This document shows positions 31,453-43,415 of a stretch of DNA of 64,000 bases, piece by piece; within the stretch, counting starts at the first letter, position 1, and each line of letters opens with the position of its first letter. A program made the translations under genes and the position numbers. The stretch is from contig CAVZSQ010000013.1 of NCBI GenBank assembly GCA_963777955.1, forward strand, positions 480,001 to 544,000. Direction: 5' to 3'. This DNA is from Calditrichia bacterium (GTDB taxonomy: Bacteria > Calditrichota > Calditrichia > JAJRVZ01). The notes beneath the pieces are model-generated. The model saw only the letters and a program-made list of their open reading frames with translations. It searched no databases and was not told the origin of the DNA.

Positions 31453-33162
31453 TTACACCTGTTTTAATACATCATCCTTGATAACAGGTTTAAACTTTTT
31501 CTCCAGATTTTGTTCCCACTGTACACGGTTTGCTTTAATCCTGTCAGTACGCATTATACTGCGGGCTTGATTTTCAACTTCCTTGAAAGGCCGTAACATT
31601 TTTTCGTTTTTCTTTCCTGTTTTAAAGATTGTCCAGCCAGATTGGGTTTTTACCGGACCACCGATTTTATTTGGTCCCAGTTTGAAGGCTTCCTGACCGA
31701 CGGCTCCTAACGCGCTCGCTGAACGAAATCCAACATATCCGCCTTTGCCAGATGAAGAACGTTCTTGCGAATACTTCTTGGCCAGAGCGCCGAAATCGCT
31801 TCCTGCGCGGACCTTGGCCGCAATTGTCCTGGCCAGTTTATCGTCTTTAACATAAATCTGCCAGATTTCCATTTCTTCATTTTTCGTGAACCTGTTGGGA
31901 TTGTTCTCGTAGTATTTAAGCACTTCGTCATCCGTTACGGTGACATTTTCATCAACTTCTTTTTTCTCGATAAGTTGAATTAAACGGTCTTCTAAAAACG
32001 TATCTAACTGTTTTTCTATATCCGCATCGTCGGGGATATCATCAGCTCATCCGCATTTTGAACCACGAGTTCCATGTTGGTGTAACTTTCAACTTCCTGT
32101 TTTAATACATTCGCCTGGCGGAACCGGCCAATTACCCTGCTCAGGCGATCGCCATATTGATTAAGCAGGGATTCCCAGGTGGTAGATCCCCCTTTCCACT
32201 TGGCCAGAACCATTTTCTTTTGCTGCGGGCTGAAACTTTCTGCCGTGGCCACTTCATTTTTCATCTTATCAGTCAATAACGCCGCCAGTTCTTTGATAGC
32301 AACAGTATCGGTCACTGCCCGGTATTTTTCCCTTAACTCGAGCAGATGTTTGTTGGCAATAATAGTACCTGAATCACCCTTGGCCCTGAATAAAGTACGT
32401 TTGATCTCGGTAATCCTTTCCTTGGACATATCTGGTTTAAAATCTGGCAGTTCCCGGCGATCATCCAAACGAAAAATAAAGTATCCATACCTGGTCTCCA
32501 CCGGAGCGGAGATTTCGCCCACCTTTAAGTTCCAGGCTGCTTCCTGATAGGGTCCCACTCTCTCTCCCCATTTAAAATAATTGGTACCCCCTTTGCTTTC
32601 TTTAGCACTCGGTTCATCCGAATATTTTAACACCAGTTCCGTAAAATCGGCTCCGCTTTTAACCTGTTGCGCCACCTGCTCTGCTAATAATTTCGCTTCC
32701 TCCTGAGAACGTTCTATGTTCGGATTTGCACCTTTAAAACCGATCAGGATCTGGGTAGTTTTCATTTCTACCCCCTGCCGCTGCAAATATTCATCAATTA
32801 CTTTGGTCGGAATAAGTCTGTTCAACGATGACCTTTTCATAATATTCATTGATGATGATGCGTTTACGGTACGTTTCAATAGAATTAACTATTTCTTTAT
32901 CATCGTCCAGGTCTGCGTCATACGCTTCCAGCAGTTTCAGTTTGCGTTTAATCATAGTGTTCAGAATGGTTTTCTTACGCTCCAGATCCACATCCTGATA
33001 ATTCGGTTTTTCTCCATGATATCGTATCATTTCTTTCATAAATTGTGATTTGGTTATATCCAAATTCCCGACCGTAGCCACGGTTTCCTCTTTCGTTCCG
33101 CAATAGGCCAGAAACAACGCCAGCAGCACCACCGCTACGAGCACGCTTAGTAATTTCTTCAT
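31453..33162 (-). CDS. Two-parvulin-domain PPIase/foldase lipoprotein (three frameshifted fragments: 32794-33162, 32016-32879, 31453-31923)
   Basis: LAYC lipobox and VATVG N-domain. Rotamase motifs FTELVLKYSDEP...ETRYGYFIF and FGALAKKYSQE...KTQSGWTIF lie in consecutive fragments. Confidence 0.7.
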
Positions 33163-33216
33163 AAACCATCTCCTTTTTATTCAGTTGGAAAATATACGAA
33201 TTTAGAATTTATACTG

Positions 33217-36200
33217 CTATATTAAATCTTTCAAGATATTTCTGGCAAAGTTAACCTGATCTGCTTTGGTATCACCCGATAACTGCAACTGGATACCCAA
33301 TCCCTGCTTTTGTTTAAGAAATTGTACACGGAGTTTTTTCTGCTGCAGCAAATTCGTTACAATTTTATGAACATAATCCGGGCCATCATTTCCGGGCTCG
33401 TTAAAATTCATAATTAACACATTCTTTTTCCAGATCACCTGAGCTGCATACAGTTCACTGGCTAAGATTTTCATTTGAATCGCCTGGATCAAATTGTCGA
33501 CAGCTGCCGGTACAGGGCCAAATCGATCGGCGAGTTCGGCCGTTATTTTTTCCAGATCGGTACTCGAATGATAATTCACCATTTTGTGGTACAGGGCTAT
33601 ACGTTCCTGCTCGCTGCTGATATAATCAGCCGGGATTACCAGATCAAAATCGACATCCAACTTAGGATCAGAACCGTGATCACCGAAGCCTGACGGGAGT
33701 ATCTCGGTTGTTGACGATTTTATTTTTTTAACCGCACTATCCAGAATGCGGCAATATAAATCGAATCCGACTGCCTGAATATTTCCGCTCTGCTCCTTGC
33801 CCAGAATGTTGCCGATCCCGCGGATTTCCATATCGCGCAGGGCTAATCTGAATCCTGACCCCAGTTCGGTGAAATCCTGAATAGCCTTTAATCTTTTCTG
33901 GGCCAGGGTGGTCAGCCGGGCCACCGGCGGAATTAATAAATAGGCATAGGCCTGCTCGGTAGAGCGGCCTACCCTCCCCCGCAACTGATACAGTTGAGCC
34001 AGGCCAAACTTATCAGCACGGTTAATGATGACCGTGTTGACATTGGGTATATCCAGGCCATTTTCAATAATCATACTGGACACCAGCACATCATATTTTT
34101 TTTTAATGAAATCCAGCATAACTTGTTCCAATTTTTTTTCGGGAAGTTGGCCATGAGCAACCGCGAACCGCGCTTCAGGTACGATCTGTTGCAGAGCAGC
34201 ACGGATCCCTTCAATAGTCTCTACCCGGTTGTGAACAAAATAAACCTGCCCATGCCGCTGCAGTTCCCTTTTTATAGCCCGGTGAATCTGCTGATCATCC
34301 CATTCCAGCAATTCTGTGATGACCGGTAAACGATTACGCGGAGGGGTTTCGATGTGCGATAAATCCCTTGCTCCCATCAATGACAGGTGCAGGGTCCTCG
34401 GTATGGGTGTGGCCGTCATGGTCAGGATGTCCACACTGGCCCTTAATTTTTTCAGGTATTCTTTATGCTTTACTCCAAAACGTTGTTCTTCATCTATGAT
34501 CAGCAGGCCCAGATCCTTAAATATTACATCTGCGGACAGCAGGCGGTGGGTTCCGATTATGATATCGATTTCCCCGGCAGCCAGCCGCGCTATTATCTGT
34601 TTTTGTTCCCTGTCGGAGCGGAAACGCGACAGCATCTCGATGTGGACGGGAAATTCATTCAGCCTGTCTTTAAAAGTCTGAAAATGCTGATAAGCCAGGA
34701 TGGTGGTGGGAACAAGAATTGCTACCTGCTTGCCGTCCATGTTCACTTTAAAGGCGGAACGCAGGGCAACTTCGGTTTTACCGTAACCGACATCACCACA
34801 TAACAAACGGTCCATCGGTGCAGCGGACTCCAGGTCGCGTTTCACATCTGTAATTGCCCGTAACTGATCTTCGGTTTCATCATAAGGAAAGGAGGCTTCC
34901 AGTTCCCTCTGCCAGTGAGTATCGGGGGTATAGGCAAAAGCCGGCATGGTCCGGCGGGCCACCTGCAACTGGATTAGTTCTGCCGCAATTTTTTCAATCG
35001 ATTCCCTGGTACGTATTTTGGTCCGTTCCCATTCTCCGCTGCCTAACTTGGTTAACTGGGGAGCGGCACCTTCTTCACCGGAATATTTCTGCACCCGATT
35101 CAAACGGTCGACACTTACATATAAGATATCCTCATCGGCATATTGAATGCGCAGACACTCCCGCCTGGTCTGGCCTGTTTCCAGCATGATGACTCCGGTA
35201 TACTGGCCGATGCCATAATCAATGTGCACCACATAATCATTAAGATTCAACGAATTTAAACTTCGCAGGTATTCGCCATTTTTAAACCGCCGGTAAGTCC
35301 GCCGGCGCTTAAATCGCCCAAAAATCTCATGGTCGGTCAGTATTTGCAGGCCTCCGGCCGCAGCTCCGGCCGGGAAGATAAATCCGTAATGAAAGGACCC
35401 GGTGCTGACCACAGCCGTCCGTTCCAACTCCTCCTCTTCCAGTATTTCCCTAAAACGTTCCGCCTGGGCGTTAGATTCGCATTGAATATAGACCTGTTGT
35501 TTTTCCAAATAGACCTTCCGCAGATAGGCGAACAAACGGTTAAGTTGCCCGGCAAAAGAAGGGGGTACCATACTGTCAAAGGCGTAAGCGGAAGCCTGCG
35601 CAGGTACCAGCAGATCCAGACGCAAAGTCGGCAGAGCAGACTAACTTTTTTTCCAGTTCTGCCCAGATCAAGTAATGCTGTTGCGGAGGATCGACCTGCT
35701 GTTTCTGTTCTTTCAGACTCCTGATAACGGGATTGAGTTTCAATAAAAAAATCCCGGGCCTGCGCCCTGATCAAATCCAGATCCTCATAGACAACTATGA
35801 TATTTTTTTGCAGGTATTCCAATAAACTGCCACCCGGCCGCTCAAGAATCAAATTGGGAATTACTTCAATCCGGTCAATTTCTGCAATTGATCGTTGCGT
35901 GATCACATTAAAAGTCCTGATGGACTCGATGGTATTGCCAAAAAATTCCAATCTGACGGCATCATCCTGGGTCCAGGGATAAATATCGACAATGCCGCCG
36001 CGAACGCTGAAATGCCCTACGCTTTCTACGAATTCAACCCTTTCATAACCGCCTTGCTGCAACTGCTGGATAAAACCATCAAAATCCACGGCCTGATTTT
36101 TAGATAATAACAGGCAGTGGTCAAGGAACAGCGCAGGTTCCGGAACCTTCTGCAGCATTCCTTTCAATGTGGTGACTACAATCCCGTTTTTTGCCGAGAT

Positions 36201-36533
36201 AATATTTCGCAGGGTTTCCCAGCGCAGGCGTACTAAACTCGGATTGGGTTCATGTTCTTCATAGGGAATGATTTCCGCAGCCGGGAAAAAGGATACCTGC
36301 GTAGCAGTTGCCCCCTTTAGCAGCTCCAGATCATCACGCAGGCATTCGGCACCGTCGGCAGCTGCGGCCAGATATAGTATCGACCGTTCATACTTTTCCA
36401 CCAGGTAAGTTAAAAAAACAGCTGGTAAGGATCCTTTAAGTCCGGATACATGTACATCCGGAGCCTGCGGGTGCAGGCAATTTAAAATCTGCGAACGGAC
36501 TGGCCTGGAGTAGTATTCGTTTGAGATTATCAA
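33217..36533 (-). CDS. mfd: Transcription-repair coupling factor (frameshift near 35640)
   Basis: UvrB-like N-part (FSVRGGIVDIYP), CarD/RID (VVHIDYGIG), helicase motifs CGDVGYGKTEVA, DEEQRFG, TATPIPRTL, QLRGRVGRS, and TRCF C-domain. Confidence 0.93.
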
Positions 36534-36558
36534 TCATCCGTTAAACTATATTGAGAAG

Positions 36559-37419
36559 TTAGGATTTTTCCTGCGCTTGCGGTTGATCGGTAGCCGGATT
36601 GACCTTACTCATCTTATTCAATTCTTCCTGGTAGCGCCCCTGTGGATAAGATTTAACCATCTGTTTATAATACTCCAGAAATATATCGTTACGGCCCAGA
36701 TGGTAATAAGATGCTGCCGTGAGAAATCCAACGGTCTCTTTGTCAAAAAAGTTCCGATCCAGATTTATAATTTTTTCACATAAACTGATAACATTCAAGT
36801 AGTTCCGGTCATTGAATTCCAGGAAGGCCAGACCATAAAAGGCGGAACTCTGTCTTTCGGTTGAACACTGCTGGGCCAGGATCTGCTCAAAATTTTCTCT
36901 GGCTTTACTATAATTTTTCAAATAATAATGAATAAAACCCAGATAAAATAAAACCGCTAGATAATAATCAAAACCGGTTTCTTTAAAATGCGGAACAATA
37001 TCTATAAAATACGGATAGGCCAGGTCATAATTACCCTGGACAAACAGCATTTTACCCAATTCATATTTTACAAACTGCTGTTTATCTGAGTTCGGATCAT
37101 ATTCCAGCGATTGCTGCAGATACTTTTCAGCCAGTGTATTATTTTTAAGACCCAGATATGAATAACCAAGCAGACGGCTTAGATCCTCCCTGGCCAGGTA
37201 AGCGGGATTACATTCAAGTACCTGTGCTGCAGCTTCGACAACTGCCTGAAAATTATGCAGATAATAGTATACCCAACTCAGCTCGGCCCAGATCATCGCC
37301 TGGTTAACAGAATCATCGGTCAGCTTTAGAGCCTGAATGTATTTATCGCGGGAAGTCTCATAATCACCGGCCGTAAGTGCCGCCCGGGCCTGTCGTAGAA
37401 TATCAAAAATATCATTCAT
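36559..37419 (-). CDS. TPR-repeat protein
   Basis: 286 aa of consecutive TPR-like helical repeats (LLGYSYLGLK, YELGKMLF, FYLGFIHYY). Confidence 0.75.
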   Translation of the reverse strand: MNDIFDILRQARAALTAGDYETSRDKYIQALKLTDDSVNQAMIWAELSWVYYYLHNFQAVVEAAAQVLECNPAYLAREDLSRLLGYSYLGLKNNTLAEKYLQQSLEYDPNSDKQQFVKYELGKMLFVQGNYDLAYPYFIDIVPHFKETGFDYYLAVLFYLGFIHYYLKNYSKARENFEQILAQQCSTERQSSAFYGLAFLEFNDRNYLNVISLCEKIINLDRNFFDKETVGFLTAASYYHLGRNDIFLEYYKQMVKSYPQGRYQEELNKMSKVNPATDQPQAQEKS

Positions 37420-37580
37420 AATAACTGCTCGCTGTTAAGCACCGGCCAGGCCGGAAAATGCCTGTCGGCTGCGCCAATGATCTGCTTTCACTCTCAAAGC
37501 GACTTGACTTTTAATCTAAGAGAATTAAATTTAACGCATTATTTCTTCAGGTGCTAATCATTCTAATCAGGCAGGGGGGT

Positions 37581-38978
37581 ATGATGGAACAAAGATACGA
37601 TTTAGCAGTGATCGGGTCCGGCCCGGGTGGATACGTGGCCGCAATCCGGGCATCTCAATTAAAATTAAAAACCGTACTGATTGAACAGGATAAATTGGGA
37701 GGGATCTGCTTAAACTGGGGTTGTATCCCCACCAAAGCATTGCTGAAAAGCGCTGAAACTTATTCGCTGCTGCGCCATGCAGATGAATTCGGTATTCATG
37801 CTGAAAAGATCTCTTTTGATTTTACCAAAATTATCGAGCGCAGCCGGAAAGTAGCAGATTTGAATTCAAAAGGGGTTGAATTCCTGATGAAGAAGAACAA
37901 GATCGATGTCGTTTATGGCCGGGCCAGAATATTAAACAGCTCGACCATCGAAGTCAGCCCTGAAGATGGTAAAAAAACATCGCTGTCCTGCAAAAATATT
38001 ATTATCGCCACGGGCGGCCGACCCCGTACGATTCCCGGAATTGATTTCGATGGCCAGACTGTCATCGATTATCGCCGGGCCATGTCTCTGGATAAACAAC
38101 CAAAATCGATGGTTATAATTGGTGCCGGGGCGATCGGAATTGAATTTGCCTATTTTTATAACGAATTGGGAACACAGGTAACCATCCTTGAGATGCTGGA
38201 CTCTATTCTGCCCATCGAGGATAAAGAAATCACCTCTATTCTGGCTAAAAGTTTTAAAAAGAATAATATAGAAATCCACACCTCGGCGAAAGTCGAAAAG
38301 TTAAAGAATACCAGAGAGGGCCTGGAAGTCAATTTTTCCAAAGAAGGTAAACAGGAAATTGTCAAGGCTGAATTAGCCTTGCTGGCAATCGGGATTCAGG
38401 GCAATGTCGAAAATCTCGGACTGGAAGAACAGGACATTAAAATTGAACGTGGATTCATTAAGGTTAATCAGTGGTATGAAACCAGCGTCCCGGGAATATA
38501 TGCAATCGGTGACATCATCGGTCCACCCCTGCTGGCTCATGTTGCCTCGCACGAAGGTATCATCTGCGTGGAAAAAATAGCCGGGGTGCCGACTCAGCCG
38601 CTCAACTATAATAATGTTCCCGGTTGTACATACTGCCAGCCGCAGGTTGCCAGCCTTGGTCTGACCGAAGACAAGGCCAGGGCCATGGGGCATGAGCTGA
38701 ACATCGGCCGCTTTCCTTACAGCGCTTCAGGCAAGGCCAGGGCCATCGGCGAACGGGAAGGTCTGGTAAAACTGATTTTTGATAAAAAATACGGTGAATT
38801 GCTGGGTGCGCATATCATCGGAGCCGATGCCACCGAACTTATTGCTGAACCCGGTCTGGCCAAATCCCTGGAGAGCACAGCCGTCGAATTAAACCGGACT
38901 ATGCATGCACATCCTACTCTGGCCGAGATGATTATGGAAGCAGCTGGTGCCGCTTCAGGGGAAGCCATTCATATCTAA
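37581..38978 (+). CDS. lpdA: Dihydrolipoyl dehydrogenase (E3)
   Basis: GSGPGGYVAA, GGICLNWGCIPTK redox-active disulfide, GAGAIG, HAHPTLAE. Confidence 0.96.
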   Translation: MMEQRYDLAVIGSGPGGYVAAIRASQLKLKTVLIEQDKLGGICLNWGCIPTKALLKSAETYSLLRHADEFGIHAEKISFDFTKIIERSRKVADLNSKGVEFLMKKNKIDVVYGRARILNSSTIEVSPEDGKKTSLSCKNIIIATGGRPRTIPGIDFDGQTVIDYRRAMSLDKQPKSMVIIGAGAIGIEFAYFYNELGTQVTILEMLDSILPIEDKEITSILAKSFKKNNIEIHTSAKVEKLKNTREGLEVNFSKEGKQEIVKAELALLAIGIQGNVENLGLEEQDIKIERGFIKVNQWYETSVPGIYAIGDIIGPPLLAHVASHEGIICVEKIAGVPTQPLNYNNVPGCTYCQPQVASLGLTEDKARAMGHELNIGRFPYSASGKARAIGEREGLVKLIFDKKYGELLGAHIIGADATELIAEPGLAKSLESTAVELNRTMHAHPTLAEMIMEAAGAASGEAIHI

Positions 38979-39007
38979 TCCGGTATCACTTAAAACAAAG
39001 TGTAATT

Positions 39008-39727
39008 TTGAAACAAGTTCAATTAATCCAAACCGGAATTTCAAACTACGACCAGATCTGGAAACTGCAACAACACCTGTTTCAACAGGTGAGCAGGGAA
39101 CACACCGATAATTACCTGATCCTGACCGAACATCATCCGGTCGTAACCATCGGTCAAAAAAGCAATCCTGCGCATCTGCTGGCCGATCAAGCATACCTGC
39201 ATCAGCAGGGCATAGAATTATTTCATATCGACCGGGGTGGTGATATTACCTTTCATGGTCCCGGTCAGTTGGTAGGTTATCCGGTATTAAACCTGCTCGA
39301 CTTCAAACCGGATATTCACTGGTATTTGCGCAATCTGGAAGAAGTCATCATCCGTACCTTAACTGAGTTTGGACTCCCGGCCGGGCGGATCAAAAATTTG
39401 ACCGGTGTCTGGAGCGGAGATAAAAAGATCTGTGCCATCGGTGTCAAAATTACACGCTGGGTAACTATGCATGGTTTTGCCCTGAACGTGTCCACAGACC
39501 TTAATTACTTTAATTATATAATTCCTTGCGGGATCGACGGGAAAGGGGTGACGTCAATTTTCGAACAAATCGGAAATATCACCGAACTAAATGATGTTTC
39601 AAGCAGAGTGTGTGCAAATTTTGCAGAGATTTTCAATGTTTCCTTAATGCCTGTGCAGAGTGCAGAAATCAAATCCCTGATTGAGCAAGCCAATGCGAAT
39701 CAAGAAGAACAAAAATCACCCGCCTAA
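39008..39727 (+). CDS. lipB: Lipoyl(octanoyl) transferase
   Basis: EHHPVVTIG, DRGGDITFHGPGQLVGYP, KICAIG, HGFALNV, IIPCG. TTG start. Confidence 0.93.
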   Translation: MKQVQLIQTGISNYDQIWKLQQHLFQQVSREHTDNYLILTEHHPVVTIGQKSNPAHLLADQAYLHQQGIELFHIDRGGDITFHGPGQLVGYPVLNLLDFKPDIHWYLRNLEEVIIRTLTEFGLPAGRIKNLTGVWSGDKKICAIGVKITRWVTMHGFALNVSTDLNYFNYIIPCGIDGKGVTSIFEQIGNITELNDVSSRVCANFAEIFNVSLMPVQSAEIKSLIEQANANQEEQKSPA

Positions 39728-39743
39728 CTTAAAGGAATCAATT

Positions 39744-39941
39744 ATGGTTCACAAAAAGCAAGCCATGTGCCCATTGTTCCCTGAAAATACCTGTCCGCAG
39801 GGGAAAAAATCCAGTAATGCCTGTAAAGTTCGTATTAACGGTGATTTCGATCCCGTCGCTTATTTCAAAGATCTGCTGGTAATGCATTGTGCCATAAATA
39901 TCAGACAGCGCCAGAAAGAAAACCGGCCAAGAGTACGATAA
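39744..39941 (+). CDS. Small Cys-rich hypothetical protein (65 aa)
   Basis: AAGGA RBS, then ATG at 39744. Fills the lipB-E1 gap and has four Cys (CPLFPENTCP...C...HC). Confidence 0.5.
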   Translation: MVHKKQAMCPLFPENTCPQGKKSSNACKVRINGDFDPVAYFKDLLVMHCAINIRQRQKENRPRVR

Positions 39942-39953
39942 AGTTCATAACGC

Positions 39954-41990
39954 ATGACTGCCAAAACCAAAAAAACTTCGCGGGATCCCATTTTAAACAA
40001 ACCTGATTTAATCAAACTCTATCACAACATGCTGCGCACCCGTTACCTGGACGACAAGATGTTGACTATGGTGAAACAGGGTAAGAGTTCCATCCATATC
40101 GGGGGTTCCGGGCATGAAGCGATCCAGACCGCCGTAGCCTTTTCATTAAAACCCGCGTCAGATTGGGCATATCCTTATTACCGCGACCTGGCCTTCGTAT
40201 TGCAGTATGGTGTTACTCCGCAGGAAGTGCTGTTGAATTTTTTGGGCCGGGCTGACGATCCCAGTTCCGGGGGACGGCAAATGCCCCACCATTATGGCCA
40301 CAGGTCTCTGCGCATCGTTACTCAATCGAGTCCCACCGGTACACAATTTCTGCAGGCGGTTGGCTGCGCGCTGGGCGCCCGGCGTGAAAATAAGAATGAA
40401 ATAATTTATGTTTCATCCGGGGAAGGTACTACCGCCCAGGGGGATTTTTATGAAGCGTTGAACTGGGCCGCCCGGGATGCTTTACCGGTACTTTTCGTTA
40501 TTCAAAATAATAAATATGCCATTTCTGTACCGGTCGCGACACAAATTGCCGGCGGCTCAATCCACAGTTTAACTTCCGGTTATACCGGCCTGAACCGTTT
40601 CATGGTAGATGGAACTGATTTGCTGGAATCATTGCGGACAGCACAACAGGCTGTCAAAATGGTGCGCGGCGGCCGGGGACCTGCGCTAATCGAGGCCAGT
40701 ACTGTTCGCCTGTTAGCCCACTCCAGTTCCGATGCCGATAAAAAATACCGCAGCGAGCAGGATATCAAAAAAGACCGGTTGTTGGACCCAATCCCTAAAC
40801 TGGAAACATGGCTGCTTAAACAGAAAATGCTCAATGACCGGGAGATTGCAGACATCCGCTTAACGGTAAAAAATGAGATCGACCAGGCAGCCGAAGAAGC
40901 TGAACAGATGCCGCTGCCACAGAAAGAAACTGTCACTCATTTTATCTTTAATCCGGAGCCCCTCAAAAATACAGATAACAATCCCCGTCCCGTTGGCTCT
41001 GCGCAGAACATTGTCCTGGTCGACGCAATTAATCATGCCCTCAAAGAGGAGATGTCCAGAAATGATCGGATGTTTATTTTTGGGCAGGACGTAGCGGATG
41101 GCAAGGGGGGAGTTTTTACCGCCACCAGCGGGCTGTCTACGAAATTCGGACCGCTGCGTTGTTTTAATGCTCCCCTGGCCGAATCCAGTATTGTAGGCGT
41201 GGCTATCGGTATGGCTGTGCGCGGACTCAAACCTGTTATCGAGATTCAATTCGGAGATTACATCTGGACCGCCATGATGCAAATACGCAACGAACTGACC
41301 ACCATTCGCTGGCGTAGTAATAATAGCTGGACCTGCCCGGTGGTGATCCGGGTTCCGGTGGGGGGCTATATTCACGGCGGTTTATGTCACTCGCAGAATA
41401 TCGAAGGCTTTTTCAGTCATATGCCCGGACTTAAAATCGCTTATCCGGCCATGGCTGACGATGCCAAAGGATTACTAAAATACGCGATTCGCAGTGAGGA
41501 TCCGGTATTATTCCTGGAACACAAAGGACTTTACCGGCAAAGTTATGCGGCAGCCCCGGAACCGGCTGAGGATTACCTGCTGCCCTTCGGCCAGGCAAAA
41601 ATCTGTCTGGCAGGAAAGGATGCTACGCTGGTCACCTATGGAGCCCTGGTGCAAAAATCACTCGAAGCAGCCAGGATATTAAAACAGCAAGGACCTGAAA
41701 TTGAAGTAATTGATATCCGCACGATAGTTCCGCTGGATCTGGAAACAATCCGGCTATCCGTAAAAAAAACCAGTAAGGTTTTAGTCGCTCACGAAGACAG
41801 TTTATTTCAGGGTTTTGGAGCGGAAATCGCGGCGCAAATTGCAGAATCTTCCTTTGAACATCTGGATGCACCGGTCAAACGCCTGGCCGGTAAGGATACA
41901 CCCATTGGATTCAGTCCGGTTCTGGAAAATACAATTCTGCCGCAAACAGCAGATATTGTGACTGCCCTGCAAAACTTACTGGCGTATTAG
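39954..41990 (+). CDS. Fused 2-oxoacid (branched-chain-type) dehydrogenase E1 alpha+beta
   Basis: TPP motif GEGTTAQGDFYEALN...NNKYAIS, HSSSD loop, and beta-domain GQDVA..GGVF, APLAE, EIQFGDY, HSQ. Confidence 0.9.
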   Translation: MTAKTKKTSRDPILNKPDLIKLYHNMLRTRYLDDKMLTMVKQGKSSIHIGGSGHEAIQTAVAFSLKPASDWAYPYYRDLAFVLQYGVTPQEVLLNFLGRADDPSSGGRQMPHHYGHRSLRIVTQSSPTGTQFLQAVGCALGARRENKNEIIYVSSGEGTTAQGDFYEALNWAARDALPVLFVIQNNKYAISVPVATQIAGGSIHSLTSGYTGLNRFMVDGTDLLESLRTAQQAVKMVRGGRGPALIEASTVRLLAHSSSDADKKYRSEQDIKKDRLLDPIPKLETWLLKQKMLNDREIADIRLTVKNEIDQAAEEAEQMPLPQKETVTHFIFNPEPLKNTDNNPRPVGSAQNIVLVDAINHALKEEMSRNDRMFIFGQDVADGKGGVFTATSGLSTKFGPLRCFNAPLAESSIVGVAIGMAVRGLKPVIEIQFGDYIWTAMMQIRNELTTIRWRSNNSWTCPVVIRVPVGGYIHGGLCHSQNIEGFFSHMPGLKIAYPAMADDAKGLLKYAIRSEDPVLFLEHKGLYRQSYAAAPEPAEDYLLPFGQAKICLAGKDATLVTYGALVQKSLEAARILKQQGPEIEVIDIRTIVPLDLETIRLSVKKTSKVLVAHEDSLFQGFGAEIAAQIAESSFEHLDAPVKRLAGKDTPIGFSPVLENTILPQTADIVTALQNLLAY

Positions 41991-42076
41991 GCAATAAATA
42001 TGCCTGTCATCTGACTGATTTGCATATTAGATTATAAACAACTTCAATTTCAGGTAATTAAGGATAAGAGGTCCAC

Positions 42077-43351
42077 ATGAAACACGACATGGTTATGCCC
42101 AAAATGGGAGAGAGTATTACCGAAGGAACCATTGTCAAATGGTTAAAAAAAACAGGTGATATCGTTGCCAAGGATGAGATTATCCTGGAAATAAGTACCG
42201 ATAAAGTCGACTCTGAAATTCCTACTCCGGTTGCCGGAAAAATTGCAGAGATTCTGGCCAAAGAGGGGGAAACTGTTGCTGTAGGAAAAGTGATCGCCCG
42301 GATTGACAGCGAAACTGCTGTGGCTGCGGCGGATAGTCCAAAACCGGTTGCCGCCAAAACTGTTCCCGAATCAGCAAAAGCAGATAAAGTTATTCCAGCA
42401 CCGGTGACAGTTCCTGAAACACCTGTTGAAAAAACACCAGGCAGCCGCTTCTATTCCCCGGTGGTTCTGAATATTGCCCGCAGCGAAGGCCTTCGGCCTG
42501 CGGAACTGGAATCGATCACCGGTACGGGCATCAGCGGAAGGGTGACCAAAAAAGACGTATTGGAATTTATCGAGAAGAAAAAAGTCGTTACCCCTGCGGC
42601 CAGACCGGTTATACCGGTTCAGGCGACAATCGGTGCAGCGCCCGGAACTTTTGTTGATGGGCTTGAGGTCGTGCCAATGGACCACATTCGTAAAAAAATT
42701 GCCGAGCACATGGTATTGACCGTTCATACATCACCGCATGTGGGAATATTTATTGAAGTTGACCTGAGCAATGTGGTTTCCATCCGTGAAAAAAATAAAA
42801 CTGCTTTCCAGCAAAAAGAAGGGATCAGTTTAACCTATATGCCTTTTATCAGCGAAGCCTGCAGCCGGGCCTTAAAAGAATATCCTCTGGTTAATTCCTC
42901 CATCGCAGGGGACAATATCCAGATTAAACATTTTGTCAATCTGGGTATTGCCGTTGCCACCGAACAGGGTTTGATTGTTCCGGTGATCAAACATGCCGAC
43001 AGTTTAAACCTGGTCGGATTTGCCCGGGCCATTCAGGATTTAGCCCTGCGCGCCCGCAGCCGCAAACTCAAACCGGATGAAGTGAGTGGCGGTACCTTTT
43101 CCATATCCAATTTCGGACTCTATGGAACCAGTATTGGTTTCCCGCTGATCAATCAACCGCAGGTCGCAATTCTGGGGGTCGGGATTCTTAAAAAACGGGC
43201 TGTGGTTGTGCATGATGCCATCGCCATCCGGCCGATCATGTACCTTTCTTTAACCTTTGACCACCGCATAGTCGATGGCGAGCTGGGTTCGCTTTTCCTG
43301 AAGCGGGTAGGCGAACACTTAGAGAATTATGATCCGGAGTTAAGATTATAG
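42077..43351 (+). CDS. Dihydrolipoamide acyltransferase (E2)
   Basis: Lipoyl domain MPKMGESITEG...STDKVDSEIP, E3-binding GTGISGRVTKKD, catalytic DHRIVDG. Confidence 0.93.
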   Translation: MKHDMVMPKMGESITEGTIVKWLKKTGDIVAKDEIILEISTDKVDSEIPTPVAGKIAEILAKEGETVAVGKVIARIDSETAVAAADSPKPVAAKTVPESAKADKVIPAPVTVPETPVEKTPGSRFYSPVVLNIARSEGLRPAELESITGTGISGRVTKKDVLEFIEKKKVVTPAARPVIPVQATIGAAPGTFVDGLEVVPMDHIRKKIAEHMVLTVHTSPHVGIFIEVDLSNVVSIREKNKTAFQQKEGISLTYMPFISEACSRALKEYPLVNSSIAGDNIQIKHFVNLGIAVATEQGLIVPVIKHADSLNLVGFARAIQDLALRARSRKLKPDEVSGGTFSISNFGLYGTSIGFPLINQPQVAILGVGILKKRAVVVHDAIAIRPIMYLSLTFDHRIVDGELGSLFLKRVGEHLENYDPELRL

Positions 43352-43362
43352 AAGATACTTCG

Positions 43363-43412
43363 CCACACACCCCGTCCGGCTATCGCCGGACACCCCTCTC
43401 CAGAGGGGAAAA
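43363..43412 (+). repeat. REP-like double-hairpin repeat, left arm flanking DUF559 gene
   Basis: CCACACACCCCG-TCCGGC tatc GCCGGA-CACCCCTCT cc AGAGGGGAAAA. An inverted copy lies at 43838-43894. Confidence 0.85.
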
Positions 43413-43415
43413 AAA

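Noticed and set aside
29274..33162. Three tandem PPIase/SurA genes as dedicated foldases for the giant protein
   Set aside because: An mfd-PPIase-surA arrangement looks like a housekeeping cluster, and a ~300-bp gap with its own putative promoter separates it from the DGC. Nothing ties it specifically to the adhesin.
33217..36533. Programmed frameshifting or true pseudogenisation of mfd and other split genes
   Set aside because: Frameshifts are scattered across unrelated conserved genes without a shared slippery motif. Sequencing indels are more parsimonious.
39954..41990. Fusion of E1 alpha and beta subunits as a novelty
   Set aside because: Fused E1 alpha-beta 2-oxoacid dehydrogenases are common in Bacteroidota, Chlamydiae and related lineages.
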